The position numbers were made by a program, and so were the translations under genes. Below are positions 7,946 through 17,461 of a stretch of DNA of 64,000 bases, in pieces. Location: NCBI RefSeq assembly GCF_054482525.1, contig NZ_JBTHVG010000004.1. One strand, written 5' to 3'. Within the stretch, counting starts at the first letter, position 1. Each line of letters opens with the position of its first letter. The notes under the pieces were generated by a model, which was given only the letters and a program-made list of their open reading frames with translations, was not told the DNA's origin and ran no database searches. This stretch comes from a plasmid.

Positions 7946-8281
7946 TCAATTGTTGTTCATATCGATGCCATCTTTCCTGCCTGAATCTGTCTTTTTAGGT
8001 GCTGTTTTAGAGGAAGAACGGCGGGATGGTTTTTTCGATTCTGCTTCCCGAATAATGTCACGAAGTGCCTTCTCTCCTACTTCATACCCTGCATTTTTAA
8101 GCGTGTCACGAACATCTGCCAGTGTATAACCCTTTGTCCTTACCAGGACAATGATGTCATCACGAATGGCATCAAGAAAATCACGCAATGTTTTCCGTTG
8201 AGCGGTGAGGTCCGGCAATTCCGATAAGGCAGCTTTTGCCAGCTGGATGTCATCATCTGAGTAAAATTTTTTAGAAGCCAT
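7946..8281 (-). CDS. hypothetical basic/acidic small protein (111 aa) next to oriT, transcribed away from oriT
   Basis: GGAGAG ribosome-binding site before ATG 8281 (MASKKFYSDDDIQLAKAAL...). It has a Lys/Ser/Arg-rich C-terminal tail, which may indicate a DNA-binding accessory protein. Confidence 0.5.
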   Translation of the reverse strand: MASKKFYSDDDIQLAKAALSELPDLTAQRKTLRDFLDAIRDDIIVLVRTKGYTLADVRDTLKNAGYEVGEKALRDIIREAESKKPSRRSSSKTAPKKTDSGRKDGIDMNNN

Positions 8282-8399
8282 TGGCACTTTCTCTCCGTTT
8301 CATGTTGAAGTCTGATTTTATCATCAAAAACTGACTCCTGGCAGGGCTGCGCCCTGCTTCTGCCGTCTGCATAAGACTATGATGCACAAAAATAACAGG

Positions 8400-8480
8400 C
8401 TATAATGGCCTGAAAAACGGGACAGGATGTGCAATTGTAATACCGTCACACGCGACGCTATTACAATTGCCATCTGGTCA
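8400..8480 (-). other. oriT: oriT (nic region plus NikA-binding inverted repeat) of IncI1 type
   Basis: Inverted repeat gcaattgtaata...tattacaattgc at 8431..8470. The adjacent minus-strand sequence acatcctgtcccgtttttcagg matches my memory of the R64 oriT nick region. It lies immediately upstream of nikA, and the leading-region genes all point toward it. Confidence 0.7.
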
Positions 8481-8514
8481 GGGCTTCGCCCCGACACCCC
8501 GTAAGGAGCCTGAA

Positions 8515-8847
8515 GTGAGTGATAGTGCGGTAAGAAAGAAAAGTGAGGTACGGCAAAAGACAGTTGTCAGGACACTCAGATTCTCTCCTGTTGAGGATGA
8601 AACCATCAGGAAAAAAGCTGAAGATTCCGGACTTACTGTATCTGCTTACATCCGAAATGCAGCACTGAATAAGCGAATTAACTCCCGTACAGATGATGCT
8701 TTTCTGAAGGAGTTAATGAGACTGGGAAGGATGCAGAAGCATCTGTTTGTTCAGGGAAAAAGAACCGGTGACAAGGAATACGCAGAAGTGCTTGTTGCCA
8801 TAACCGAACTTACAAATACATTGCGTAAACAGTTAATGGAAGGTTGA
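8515..8847 (+). CDS. nikA: NikA, oriT-binding relaxosome accessory protein (110 aa, ribbon-helix-helix)
   Basis: AAGGAG ribosome-binding site and GTG start. VSDSAVRKKSEVRQKTVVRTLRFSPVEDETIRKKAEDSGLTVSAYIRNAAL... matches R64 NikA. Confidence 0.85.
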   Translation: MSDSAVRKKSEVRQKTVVRTLRFSPVEDETIRKKAEDSGLTVSAYIRNAALNKRINSRTDDAFLKELMRLGRMQKHLFVQGKRTGDKEYAEVLVAITELTNTLRKQLMEG

Positions 8848-8857
8848 GGATTCTCCG

Positions 8858-11560
8858 GTGAATGCAGTCATTCCGAAAAAGAGAAGGGACGGCAAGTCTT
8901 CGTTCGAAGACCTGGTATCCTACGTCTCTGTCCGGGATGACATGACCGATGAGGAACTGGATTTATCTTCTTCTTCGCAGGCTGAACAACCGCACCGAAG
9001 CCGTTTCAGTCGCCTTGTTGATTATGCGACACGTCTTCGAAATGAGTCATTCGTGGCGCTGGTTGATGTCATGAAGGACGGCTGCGAATGGGTCAACTTT
9101 TATGGTGTCACCTGCTTTCATAACTGTACTTCTCTTGAAACTGCCGCTGCAGATATGGAGTACATTGCCCGGCAGGCACACTATGCAAAAGATGACACTG
9201 ATCCTGTTTTTCACTACATCCTTTCCTGGCAGTCACATGAAAGCCCGCGTCCGGAACAGATTTATGACAGTGTACGTCATACGCTGAAATCACTCGGCCT
9301 TGCCGACCATCAGTATGTCTCTGCCGTGCATACTGATACAGATAATCTGCACGTCCATGTGGCTGTTAACCGGGTACACCCTGAAACGGGTTATCTGAAC
9401 CGGTTATCATGGAGTCAGGAAAAACTCAGTCGTGCCTGCCGTGAGCTTGAACTGAAGCATGGTTTTGCTCCGGATAACGGTTGCTGGGTCCATGCGCCGG
9501 GAAATCGTATCGTTCGCAAAACTGCCGTTGAACGTGATCGCCAGAACGCTTGGACACGCGGAAAAAAACAAACTTTTCGCGAGTATGTTGCGCAGACAGC
9601 GGTCGCTGGTTTACGCAGTGAACCTGTACATGACTGGTTATCCCTGCATCGTCGTCTTGCTGAAGATGGTTTGTACCTGTCTCAGATGGACGGAAAATTT
9701 CTGGTGATGGATGGCTGGGATCGCAACAGGGAAGGTGTACAGCTTGACTCGTTTGGTCCCTCCTGGTGTGCAGAAAAACTCATGAAAAAAATGGGTGACT
9801 ACACGCCAGTGCCAAAAGACATTTTCAGCCAGGTGGAAGCACCAGGACGCTATAATCCGGACTTCATTGCAGCTGATGTTCGCCCGGAAAAAATCGCTGA
9901 AACAGAAAGTCTGCAGCAGTATGCCTGTCGTCATCTTGGAGAACGTCTGCCGGAAATGGCACGGGAAGGACGGCTGGAAAACTGCCAGGCTATTCACCGC
10001 ACACTGGCTGAAGCGGGATTATGGATGCGTGTTCAGCATGGTCACCTGGTTATCTGTGACGGTTATGATCATAACCAGACTCCCGTTCGTGCTGACAGCG
10101 TATGGTCACTGCTGACGCTCGACAATGTGAATCAACTCGATGGTGGCTGGCAGCCTGTACCAACAGATATTTTCCGCCAGGTTACGCCAACAGAACGCTT
10201 CCGTGGTCGTCGTATGGAGAGCTGTCCTGCGACCGATAAAGAATGGCACCGTATGCGTACAGGTACGGGGCCGCAGGGGGCTATCAAACGCGAACTGTTT
10301 TCTGACAAAGAAAGTCTGTGGGGATACAGCATCAGCCATTGTAGCCCTCAGATTGAAGAAATGATCACACAGGGTGAGTTTACCTGGCAGCGTTGTCATG
10401 AGTTGTTTGCACAACAGGGACTGATGCTACAGAAACAACATCACGGGCTTGTTGTCGTTGATGCCTTTAATCATGAGCAAACGCCGGTGAAGGCCAGCAG
10501 CATTCATCCTGATCTGACTCTGGGGCGTGCAGAGCCACAGGCCGGACCTTTTGTGAGTGCCCCAGCAGATTTGTTTGACAGGGTGCAACCTGAAAGTCGC
10601 TATAACCCGGAGCTGGCTGTCAGTGACAGGTACGGGGTCAGCAGTAAACGTGACCCAATGCTGCGCCGGCAGCGACGTGAAGCCAGAGCTGAGGCCCGTG
10701 CTGACCTGCGTGCCCGCTATCTGGCATGGCGTGAACAATGGCGTAAACCAGATCTGCGTTATGGGGAACGTTGTCGGGAAATTCATCAGGCATGCCGTCT
10801 GCGGAAGTCACACATTCGTGCGCAGTACGATGATCCGGCATTACGTAAGCTGCATTATCACATTGCAGAAGTTCAGCGAATGCAGGCATTGATCAGGCTG
10901 AAAGAAGACATCAGGGATGAGCGGCAGAAACTTATTGCTGACGGGAAGTGGTATCCACCCTCTTACCGTCAGTGGGTCGAAATTCAGGCTGCTCAGGGAG
11001 ACAGGGCTGCTGTATCGCAGCTGAGAGGCTGGGATTATCGCGATCGCCGTAAAGATAAGTCACGCACAACGACAACAGACCGCTGTGTCGTGCTTTGTGA
11101 ACCGGGCGGAACGCCGGTATACGGTAATACCGGTGATCTCGAGGCCCGTTTGCAGAAGAACGGGAGTGTTCGTTTCCGTGACCGTCGGACGGGAGAGTTT
11201 GTCTGTACGGATTATGGTGACAGGGTTGTTTTCCGTAATCACCATGACCGCAATGCGCTGGCAGATAAACTGGATTTGATTGCACCGGTATTATTCGGGC
11301 GTGATCCACGCATGGGTTTTGAACCAGAAGGAAACGACAAACAATTTAACCAGGTCTTTGCTGAAATGGTTGCCTGGCATAATGTGACAGGCCGTACCGG
11401 TCACGAAGACTACAGGATTACGCGACCGGACGTGGATCATCACCGTGAAGGAAGTGAACGCTACTACCGCGATTATATCGCGGCGAACAGCAACGATGAC
11501 GCATCACTGCCTCCGCCGGAGCAGGATAAACTCTGGGAACCGCCTTCTCCGATGAGATGA
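8858..11560 (+). CDS. nikB: NikB relaxase (MOBP family), about 900 aa
   Basis: The size and the N-terminal relaxase region match R64 NikB (HHY..., the HVHVAVNRVHPETG motif containing the His triad). It immediately follows nikA. Confidence 0.9.
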   Translation: MNAVIPKKRRDGKSSFEDLVSYVSVRDDMTDEELDLSSSSQAEQPHRSRFSRLVDYATRLRNESFVALVDVMKDGCEWVNFYGVTCFHNCTSLETAAADMEYIARQAHYAKDDTDPVFHYILSWQSHESPRPEQIYDSVRHTLKSLGLADHQYVSAVHTDTDNLHVHVAVNRVHPETGYLNRLSWSQEKLSRACRELELKHGFAPDNGCWVHAPGNRIVRKTAVERDRQNAWTRGKKQTFREYVAQTAVAGLRSEPVHDWLSLHRRLAEDGLYLSQMDGKFLVMDGWDRNREGVQLDSFGPSWCAEKLMKKMGDYTPVPKDIFSQVEAPGRYNPDFIAADVRPEKIAETESLQQYACRHLGERLPEMAREGRLENCQAIHRTLAEAGLWMRVQHGHLVICDGYDHNQTPVRADSVWSLLTLDNVNQLDGGWQPVPTDIFRQVTPTERFRGRRMESCPATDKEWHRMRTGTGPQGAIKRELFSDKESLWGYSISHCSPQIEEMITQGEFTWQRCHELFAQQGLMLQKQHHGLVVVDAFNHEQTPVKASSIHPDLTLGRAEPQAGPFVSAPADLFDRVQPESRYNPELAVSDRYGVSSKRDPMLRRQRREARAEARADLRARYLAWREQWRKPDLRYGERCREIHQACRLRKSHIRAQYDDPALRKLHYHIAEVQRMQALIRLKEDIRDERQKLIADGKWYPPSYRQWVEIQAAQGDRAAVSQLRGWDYRDRRKDKSRTTTTDRCVVLCEPGGTPVYGNTGDLEARLQKNGSVRFRDRRTGEFVCTDYGDRVVFRNHHDRNALADKLDLIAPVLFGRDPRMGFEPEGNDKQFNQVFAEMVAWHNVTGRTGHEDYRITRPDVDHHREGSERYYRDYIAANSNDDASLPPPEQDKLWEPPSPMR

Positions 11561-11682
11561 CAGATGAAGCTTTATTAGTTTCGTTATAGAATGAAAAAAT
11601 CACCAATATTAAATATGGGTGTGGTGGTAAAAATAAATATGTTAGGCAATGTTAAGTAACTCTATTGACGGAATCATGTTTT

Positions 11683-12501
11683 ATGAGCACTAATCTTGCT
11701 TTTCGTTATGCAAGTGTTGAAACTTTTTTTAAAATGATTGAAAACCAAGAATTATGGTTTACCGATCTTCGGAATATGAATGATCCGGAAGAATACTCGG
11801 CTGGCTATGAAATAGTCAAGAGAATAATAAATGAGGAATTTCCAGATTGCATTAGACTATTAGAAGAAGTATCACCTAATAAGATAGACGAAAATTTTAA
11901 GATATTAATTTGTTGTTTCTGTTCTGATGGAGATCGTTCCAACATGTGGAGCGAGTATGGTGATAATGGCAAAGGCGTTGCTATTGGTTATGATAAGAAT
12001 ATTATAACCCAAAATCATATTTTGGCTCGGTTTGAAGAACATTTTCAACCTATTAGTGGTAGAGTTGTCTTTCATCCTGTTATCTATTCAGAAGAACTGT
12101 TTCGAGAATATGTAAGAAACGCATTGCATGATTATATTAATCGCTCAAGTTTAAATATTAAATATGCACGTGGCATACTTCATGCACATCTTATCAGACT
12201 ATGTTCATTATATAAGAGAGAGAGTTTTGAATGTGAAAATGAGGTCCGAGGACTTATTGAAGTAGATGAACGTACATTCCCACCATACAAACTTGAAAAA
12301 CGTAGTACTGATTACGGAATTGCGTATTATACTAAGGTGAAATTTACCTGTAACAATATTACGGCAATTAGAGAGATTGTGTTGGGGCCTTTATTTGAAC
12401 AATCTGATGAACAGCTTCGGTCAAAATTAGATGATCTAGGGTTAAAGAATATAAAAATTAGACGTTCCATATGTACCTACAATGATGTGGTTAATCTGTA
12501 A
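11683..12501 (+). CDS. DUF2971-like protein (272 aa), AT-rich cargo gene between nikB and trbC
   Basis: About 30% GC against ~50% for the backbone. The N-terminal signature FRYASVETFFKMIENQELWFTDLRNMNDPEEY fits the DUF2971 pattern (YRY-S-E...L...ELWFS...FNDP-E). Its own terminator follows. Confidence 0.55.
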   Translation: MSTNLAFRYASVETFFKMIENQELWFTDLRNMNDPEEYSAGYEIVKRIINEEFPDCIRLLEEVSPNKIDENFKILICCFCSDGDRSNMWSEYGDNGKGVAIGYDKNIITQNHILARFEEHFQPISGRVVFHPVIYSEELFREYVRNALHDYINRSSLNIKYARGILHAHLIRLCSLYKRESFECENEVRGLIEVDERTFPPYKLEKRSTDYGIAYYTKVKFTCNNITAIREIVLGPLFEQSDEQLRSKLDDLGLKNIKIRRSICTYNDVVNL

Positions 12502-12504
12502 TCT

Positions 12505-12535
12505 GAATGCTGGTATCTAGTACCAGCATTTTTAA
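12505..12535 (+). terminator. rho-independent terminator after the DUF2971-like gene
   Basis: Perfect hairpin gctggtatctagtaccagc followed by ATTTTT. Confidence 0.55.
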
Positions 12536-12573
12536 ATAGGTTTTTTGCGGGAAGACCAAAGTATGGTCACAGT

Positions 12574-14865
12574 TCAGTACATTCCGTCCCAGTCCGGACG
12601 GTTGTTTTTTTTATGATGAAACCCGTTTACAGGACGCCCTGTCGGGTGGTTATTGTCCTGTGGAAGCGTTAACAGGTTTATACCGGCTCTTTCTGCTCTC
12701 ACTGATATCTGATTTTCCTCATTTGTTTCAGGTAGTTCTGGTCTGTTCAGTGTGATATAGCGAATTCGTCGCTCTTCCCGGGTGGTCGTTTTAAGCGTAT
12801 TCACCGCTGTTTCCCATAAGGCACTTTCACGTGCGTTGATATCCGTGTCGTACTCTTCCAGCATTGCCATAGCCGCCTGACGTCCTGCAATGCGTTGCTG
12901 GAATGTATCCACGATCGTGTGCGGCTCTGTGCGAATTTTTCGTCTTTTTCTGGAGGGTTTTGCAGTCAGGACGCCAATGATGGCACTGACATTTTCCGGT
13001 GACGGTATTCGACGTTGAGTAGTACGGGGAACAAGACGGCGGAGACGGTCCAGGCGTGGCGCATCCACGCTGATATACCTGTTTATAACAACGGGATCGC
13101 TGCTGCAGCTTTTCTCATCGTCAGGGATGAAGAATGATGCTGATGGTACGGTTTCTCCCCGGAAAATAGAAAAGAACTCGCCAGGATGAAGTTCAATCAA
13201 CTCCTGAACATTTATCTTGCTTTCCATCAGGATGCTGATTTGTGGGCTGTCAATCCATGATTCACCAAATATGCCGTCCTGACGCTGCAGGTTGTTCATC
13301 CTCGCCCTGGCTTCTTCACCGGCGGCGCTTTTCAGCGTTCTGGCCGTACTACCCTCGCTGACAATCCTGCCGGCAAATTTTGTCCCCGTGTTCTGCATCA
13401 GTGTTGCAGTATTCGTGGCTGTTGTCTGTCCTTCTATACGTTCCTGGTCCTGTGCCATCAAAATCAGAGCAAAATCCAGTGAACGCACCTGAGTGGCTTC
13501 CACAGCAATACGGTCCGTATAGTATGCCCCCACTTCATCAAGGAAACACAGATAAGGGAAACGCCCCTTATATTTTTTGACTTCCAGTGCATCGGAATCA
13601 GTTCCTTCGAGGCGGTAGCCCAAATCACGGGCGAGAATCATACTTTTCTGGGTGATAAACATTCGTCCAAGAGCAGACGTTGTATGCGCTGATGTATCCA
13701 GAGCGGGGATCATTACCATCAGAATCCTGTCGCTGTGAATGCTGTCACGGATATCGATATCACCGGAATCTTCAGCAAAAATATCCCCGAATGCTTCCGT
13801 GAATGTGCTGAAAGTTTCAGAAAACTGCCCGGAGAGATAAGCATGTTGTTTTCTGGGTTCTTCCGTCCAGGCTGATGGTGTCCTGACCAGCGACAGGTCG
13901 AAACCGGGAACGTCCTGAAGGTAGTTACGTAACGGTGCGATAGCTTCTTCCGGCCACTGATCATCGAGGCCACGACAGTAAAGTTTGGCCATCCCTTCGA
14001 GAGTCATATGTTCACGGAGCATCTGCAGCGACATTGTTTTGCCTTCGCGCACACACCAGAATTTAGTACCAAATACCAGTGCCTTATTCATGGCAATGGC
14101 CCGGGACTGCCACTCGCCCCCCTGGACGTTCTGGGGCAGCATTGACTGCATTGTCTCCGCTGTGAATGCCTCAGTGCTGTAACAGAAGGGATTCCAGGTA
14201 TTTGACTGAGGACGCGTTTTTTCACCACTCAGAATGATTTCACTGCGGGATTTTCCTCCGTTCATGAAGTTAATGACTTCCACATCGTCTTCACGTCCAA
14301 AGCGTCTGGCCAGATACCAGATCGTTCTTGCCGTATCATTCTGTGCCTTGCCATCGACAAGGGTGAATCCTCTTGCCCAGCAAAGTGGGTTAATCGCCCA
14401 GGCAAAGATGGTTTCCGTTTTACCGCCACCGGTGGTGGCGAAAAACATTATATGGCGGGTCAGATCGTCCATACTCAGCCATAACTCCCTGCCAATATCC
14501 CTGACGCGTTGATAACCAACATAGAATATGCCGCTGGCCGGTGATTCCAGAATGACCTCATACTGGAACAGGGTTGGCCAGAAGCTGAAAAGACTTCTTT
14601 TAATCATTCTGTCCTGTGACGGGTCAGCACATTCCAGCGTCATGGGCATACGAAGAGGGCAGCGCCATCGCTGCAGACTAAATACCAGCATTGTTATCAG
14701 TGTGAACAACAGACATGCCGGTAATGCAAGTGGCCAGATAAAACTGGCCACAAGACTTGCCACCAGGCAAAAGCCATAGATATTGAGACTCTGGAGTGCA
14801 TTCCAGACAGGATTTCCCCAGGCTGTACGGTGTAAAAGCTCGGGGTTAACGCGATGTTCACTCAT
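12574..14865 (-). CDS. trbC: TrbC (763 aa), IncI1 transfer protein
   Basis: The size is identical to R64 TrbC, with an N-terminal membrane segment, and it sits in the trbA-trbB-trbC order adjacent to nikB. Confidence 0.85.
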   Translation of the reverse strand: MSEHRVNPELLHRTAWGNPVWNALQSLNIYGFCLVASLVASFIWPLALPACLLFTLITMLVFSLQRWRCPLRMPMTLECADPSQDRMIKRSLFSFWPTLFQYEVILESPASGIFYVGYQRVRDIGRELWLSMDDLTRHIMFFATTGGGKTETIFAWAINPLCWARGFTLVDGKAQNDTARTIWYLARRFGREDDVEVINFMNGGKSRSEIILSGEKTRPQSNTWNPFCYSTEAFTAETMQSMLPQNVQGGEWQSRAIAMNKALVFGTKFWCVREGKTMSLQMLREHMTLEGMAKLYCRGLDDQWPEEAIAPLRNYLQDVPGFDLSLVRTPSAWTEEPRKQHAYLSGQFSETFSTFTEAFGDIFAEDSGDIDIRDSIHSDRILMVMIPALDTSAHTTSALGRMFITQKSMILARDLGYRLEGTDSDALEVKKYKGRFPYLCFLDEVGAYYTDRIAVEATQVRSLDFALILMAQDQERIEGQTTATNTATLMQNTGTKFAGRIVSEGSTARTLKSAAGEEARARMNNLQRQDGIFGESWIDSPQISILMESKINVQELIELHPGEFFSIFRGETVPSASFFIPDDEKSCSSDPVVINRYISVDAPRLDRLRRLVPRTTQRRIPSPENVSAIIGVLTAKPSRKRRKIRTEPHTIVDTFQQRIAGRQAAMAMLEEYDTDINARESALWETAVNTLKTTTREERRIRYITLNRPELPETNEENQISVRAERAGINLLTLPQDNNHPTGRPVNGFHHKKNNRPDWDGMY

Positions 14866-15928
14866 GGCCAGACTCGCTGTCGGTGGTTTTCAGGAATAAA
14901 TTAAGCGTGCCAGTTTCCTGCAGAATTCCTGTAGGCAGATGCCAGCCGGTGTCGGACAGCACCCATGGGGTACCGGCAAATCCGAACTTACGGAAGGCGA
15001 CATTGTTAACATCAATCGCAGCTCTGGCTGCTTTCAGGCATGTTTCATCTGCAGGCGTTGTTTCTTCTGATGGCGTCATCATTCCGTTATCTGCGGAATA
15101 CAGTCGGTGCCAGCCGGCAGCACGTTTCTGAGCATCTTTTTCACACAGCAGTGGTGCCACACGGTCGGTGGATTCCTCTCCACCAATAACTGAAACCGGG
15201 TAGATAACGACATTGAAGTCGCTGGCCAGGCGTTTTAAGGCCGGCTCCAGAAGTCTGCAGTTAGGACAGGCAGGATCGAGAAATGCGAACAGGGTTCGTT
15301 CATGACCGGATGACAGGTTGATGGTAAACATGCCCCGATCGGCGTTCCGCTTCAGAACAGTAGCCAGATTATGTCGCGCAGCTGCGGCTTCCGGATTTTT
15401 GCTTGTGATTGTTTTCTCCGGGACCTGGACGTCTTTTTTCGGGGGAACCGGGAGTTGAATGCCTTCATTTAATGGCACAGTGTGATTCAGGTGAGGGGGT
15501 AGCAGTCGTGGCTCACCTGCTGTCTGTACTGCTTCAGGCGTTGTATCATCCCAGAATACACGATCAACATAGCGGAACAGAGAGAAGCCAATCGTTGCCA
15601 TTACGAACAGCACAACGCTGGCGATTATGCCACGGAACAAAGGTGTTCTGCTGAAGCGGCGTTCCATCAGATATTCAAGGCGCAGGCAGGAATCAATAGC
15701 TGTAAGTATCTGGTCAGCGTTATGCTCCTGTTTATCAATCAGGACGGTTTCTCTGTTACGGGTGCCCATGGCGTCAAAGGCTATATGAATCAGTTGATTA
15801 TTTCGTGTTACCAGCCCTGACAGGGCATCCCGTGGAAGGACAGCAATAATTTCTGTCCTGCCATCCGGCCAGATTGCCTGCACGGAAATATGTTTTGCAA
15901 TGCGTGTTGCAAAGTACTCGATTGTCAT
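14858..15928 (-). CDS. trbB: TrbB, thioredoxin-fold disulfide isomerase-like transfer protein (356 aa)
   Basis: CPNC thioredoxin motif (FLDPACPNCRLLEP). Its position and size match R64 TrbB. Confidence 0.85.
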   Translation of the reverse strand: MTIEYFATRIAKHISVQAIWPDGRTEIIAVLPRDALSGLVTRNNQLIHIAFDAMGTRNRETVLIDKQEHNADQILTAIDSCLRLEYLMERRFSRTPLFRGIIASVVLFVMATIGFSLFRYVDRVFWDDTTPEAVQTAGEPRLLPPHLNHTVPLNEGIQLPVPPKKDVQVPEKTITSKNPEAAAARHNLATVLKRNADRGMFTINLSSGHERTLFAFLDPACPNCRLLEPALKRLASDFNVVIYPVSVIGGEESTDRVAPLLCEKDAQKRAAGWHRLYSADNGMMTPSEETTPADETCLKAARAAIDVNNVAFRKFGFAGTPWVLSDTGWHLPTGILQETGTLNLFLKTTDSESGHE

Positions 15929-15946
15929 TTTCAGTTCTCCGGATAA

Positions 15947-17155
15947 TCAGAATTCGTTGTCTGTAGCAGGTGTGCGGGGCAGGATGTCGTCGGTGAGGGA
16001 CCAGTTGGTCAGGATGCGGCGTTTCCGGTCGCGATCTGGTTGTGGTTCATCCCAGATAAGACCGAGACTGAGCATATCCCGCCGTAAGCCTTCCACCGCT
16101 TCATCAACACAGGGTTCAGGGCAGGGAAGACCAAAACGCATGGCTTCGGCCTCTGCACGTGCAACGGCCACCACGCCAGCGCCTTCAATAAATCCTTTCG
16201 TGGTATTGGCGCGGTGTAATGCATAAAACAGCGTTCTGTCCACGCCTTTCAGCCAAATCCAGTTGGGTGGCGTAAGCCGCAGGTCATGTGCATACAGCCA
16301 GACCAGCCCACTGCGGACGTAGCGATGTTGTTTCAGCCATTGCTGTGCTCCGTTGCTTTTAATCACTCTCTGGAAAGCTGATTTGGCCAGTGAATAAACA
16401 GGGGTACAGAATTTCCCGCTGTCCCGTTTGCTTTTAATTCTGCATGAGAGGTTCAGTGTATCCATGAGCTTTAATGCTGCCTTCCGATCATCCAGGAAAT
16501 ACTGAAGGCCAAATATGGCAAAGAGCGCTTTTTCATGTGGTGCCATGTCTTTCCAGGACGTTAAAGGTTTACCCAACTGGGCCATGAAACATCGTCTTGC
16601 AGCTGCAACATCGAGCTGCATATTGGTGATGAGAGTATGCTGTTCGACAAATGCTTCCGGGGTGAGAGCAACCCGCCGTTCAGGTCGTTTACCACCATGA
16701 AAGAGTTTTTTCGGATCACCATCTGCCAGTACAGGGGCGATAGCAGGGGATAACGAAGCAAAGATGTGTGGCAGTCGGGTAATATCTACTGGTCTGCGGG
16801 TGAAACGGCTTTGTCCCGGATGTTGATACCATTCCCACAAACACCAGAGTGTCACAGGTAAGAGGTACATCCACAGAATACCTATGGTCTGTTCCATGAC
16901 GTTAACCCACTGGCTATAGCTTATGTTGGCGGCGTTGTTACCGGTCATGGCAAGCAGGTTGTATCGTGGTGCTGCATAGTTATGAAATGGTCCCCAGTCG
17001 ACCAGTCCCCATAAGGTATGAAGAATCAGGCAGCTGGTGTAAACCACTTCCGGCAAGAATAACCATATGACGAATAGCAGCAGGATAAGAAGGACACCAA
17101 CAGCGCCCCATATCTGCATAGGATCTTCTGCGACAGGCTGTCGATTGTAAGACAT
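15947..17155 (-). CDS. trbA: TrbA (402 aa), IncI1 transfer protein
   Basis: First gene of the trbABC operon, and the size matches R64. Confidence 0.8.
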   Translation of the reverse strand: MSYNRQPVAEDPMQIWGAVGVLLILLLFVIWLFLPEVVYTSCLILHTLWGLVDWGPFHNYAAPRYNLLAMTGNNAANISYSQWVNVMEQTIGILWMYLLPVTLWCLWEWYQHPGQSRFTRRPVDITRLPHIFASLSPAIAPVLADGDPKKLFHGGKRPERRVALTPEAFVEQHTLITNMQLDVAAARRCFMAQLGKPLTSWKDMAPHEKALFAIFGLQYFLDDRKAALKLMDTLNLSCRIKSKRDSGKFCTPVYSLAKSAFQRVIKSNGAQQWLKQHRYVRSGLVWLYAHDLRLTPPNWIWLKGVDRTLFYALHRANTTKGFIEGAGVVAVARAEAEAMRFGLPCPEPCVDEAVEGLRRDMLSLGLIWDEPQPDRDRKRRILTNWSLTDDILPRTPATDNEF

Positions 17156-17248
17156 GACAAAGTCTCCATTTCTGGAATTTAAATCAAACGGAAAGGTTAA
17201 AAATTTATTTGCAGGCGATAAGAGCTAACCAGAGGAATTAGCCGTGTG

Positions 17249-17419
17249 ATAAAAGGATTGTTGCAGATACGAAAGTCGTTAGAATAGCCGCGGACGCTTG
17301 AGGCTGTATGCCGAAAGCGTTTTGTGGATGGTATACAGCAGAAAGCCCCCTGGAGATTTTTTATCAATCAACCAGGGGCTCTACTGTAATGCCTAGACAA
17401 CATTATAGTAGCCTGATAA
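17249..17419 (+). repeat. 171-bp direct repeat R1, a copy of the pnd (hok/sok-type) leader containing a truncated pndC start
   Basis: About 95% identical to 18670..18840. It contains the gta-atg-cct...cattatagtagc pndC start, but the frame ends after 12 codons (MPRQHYSSLII*) and no pndA follows. Confidence 0.8.
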
Positions 17420-17461
17420 TTTAGATATGTGTACATCCTACCGGAAAAGATACTTTTCAGG

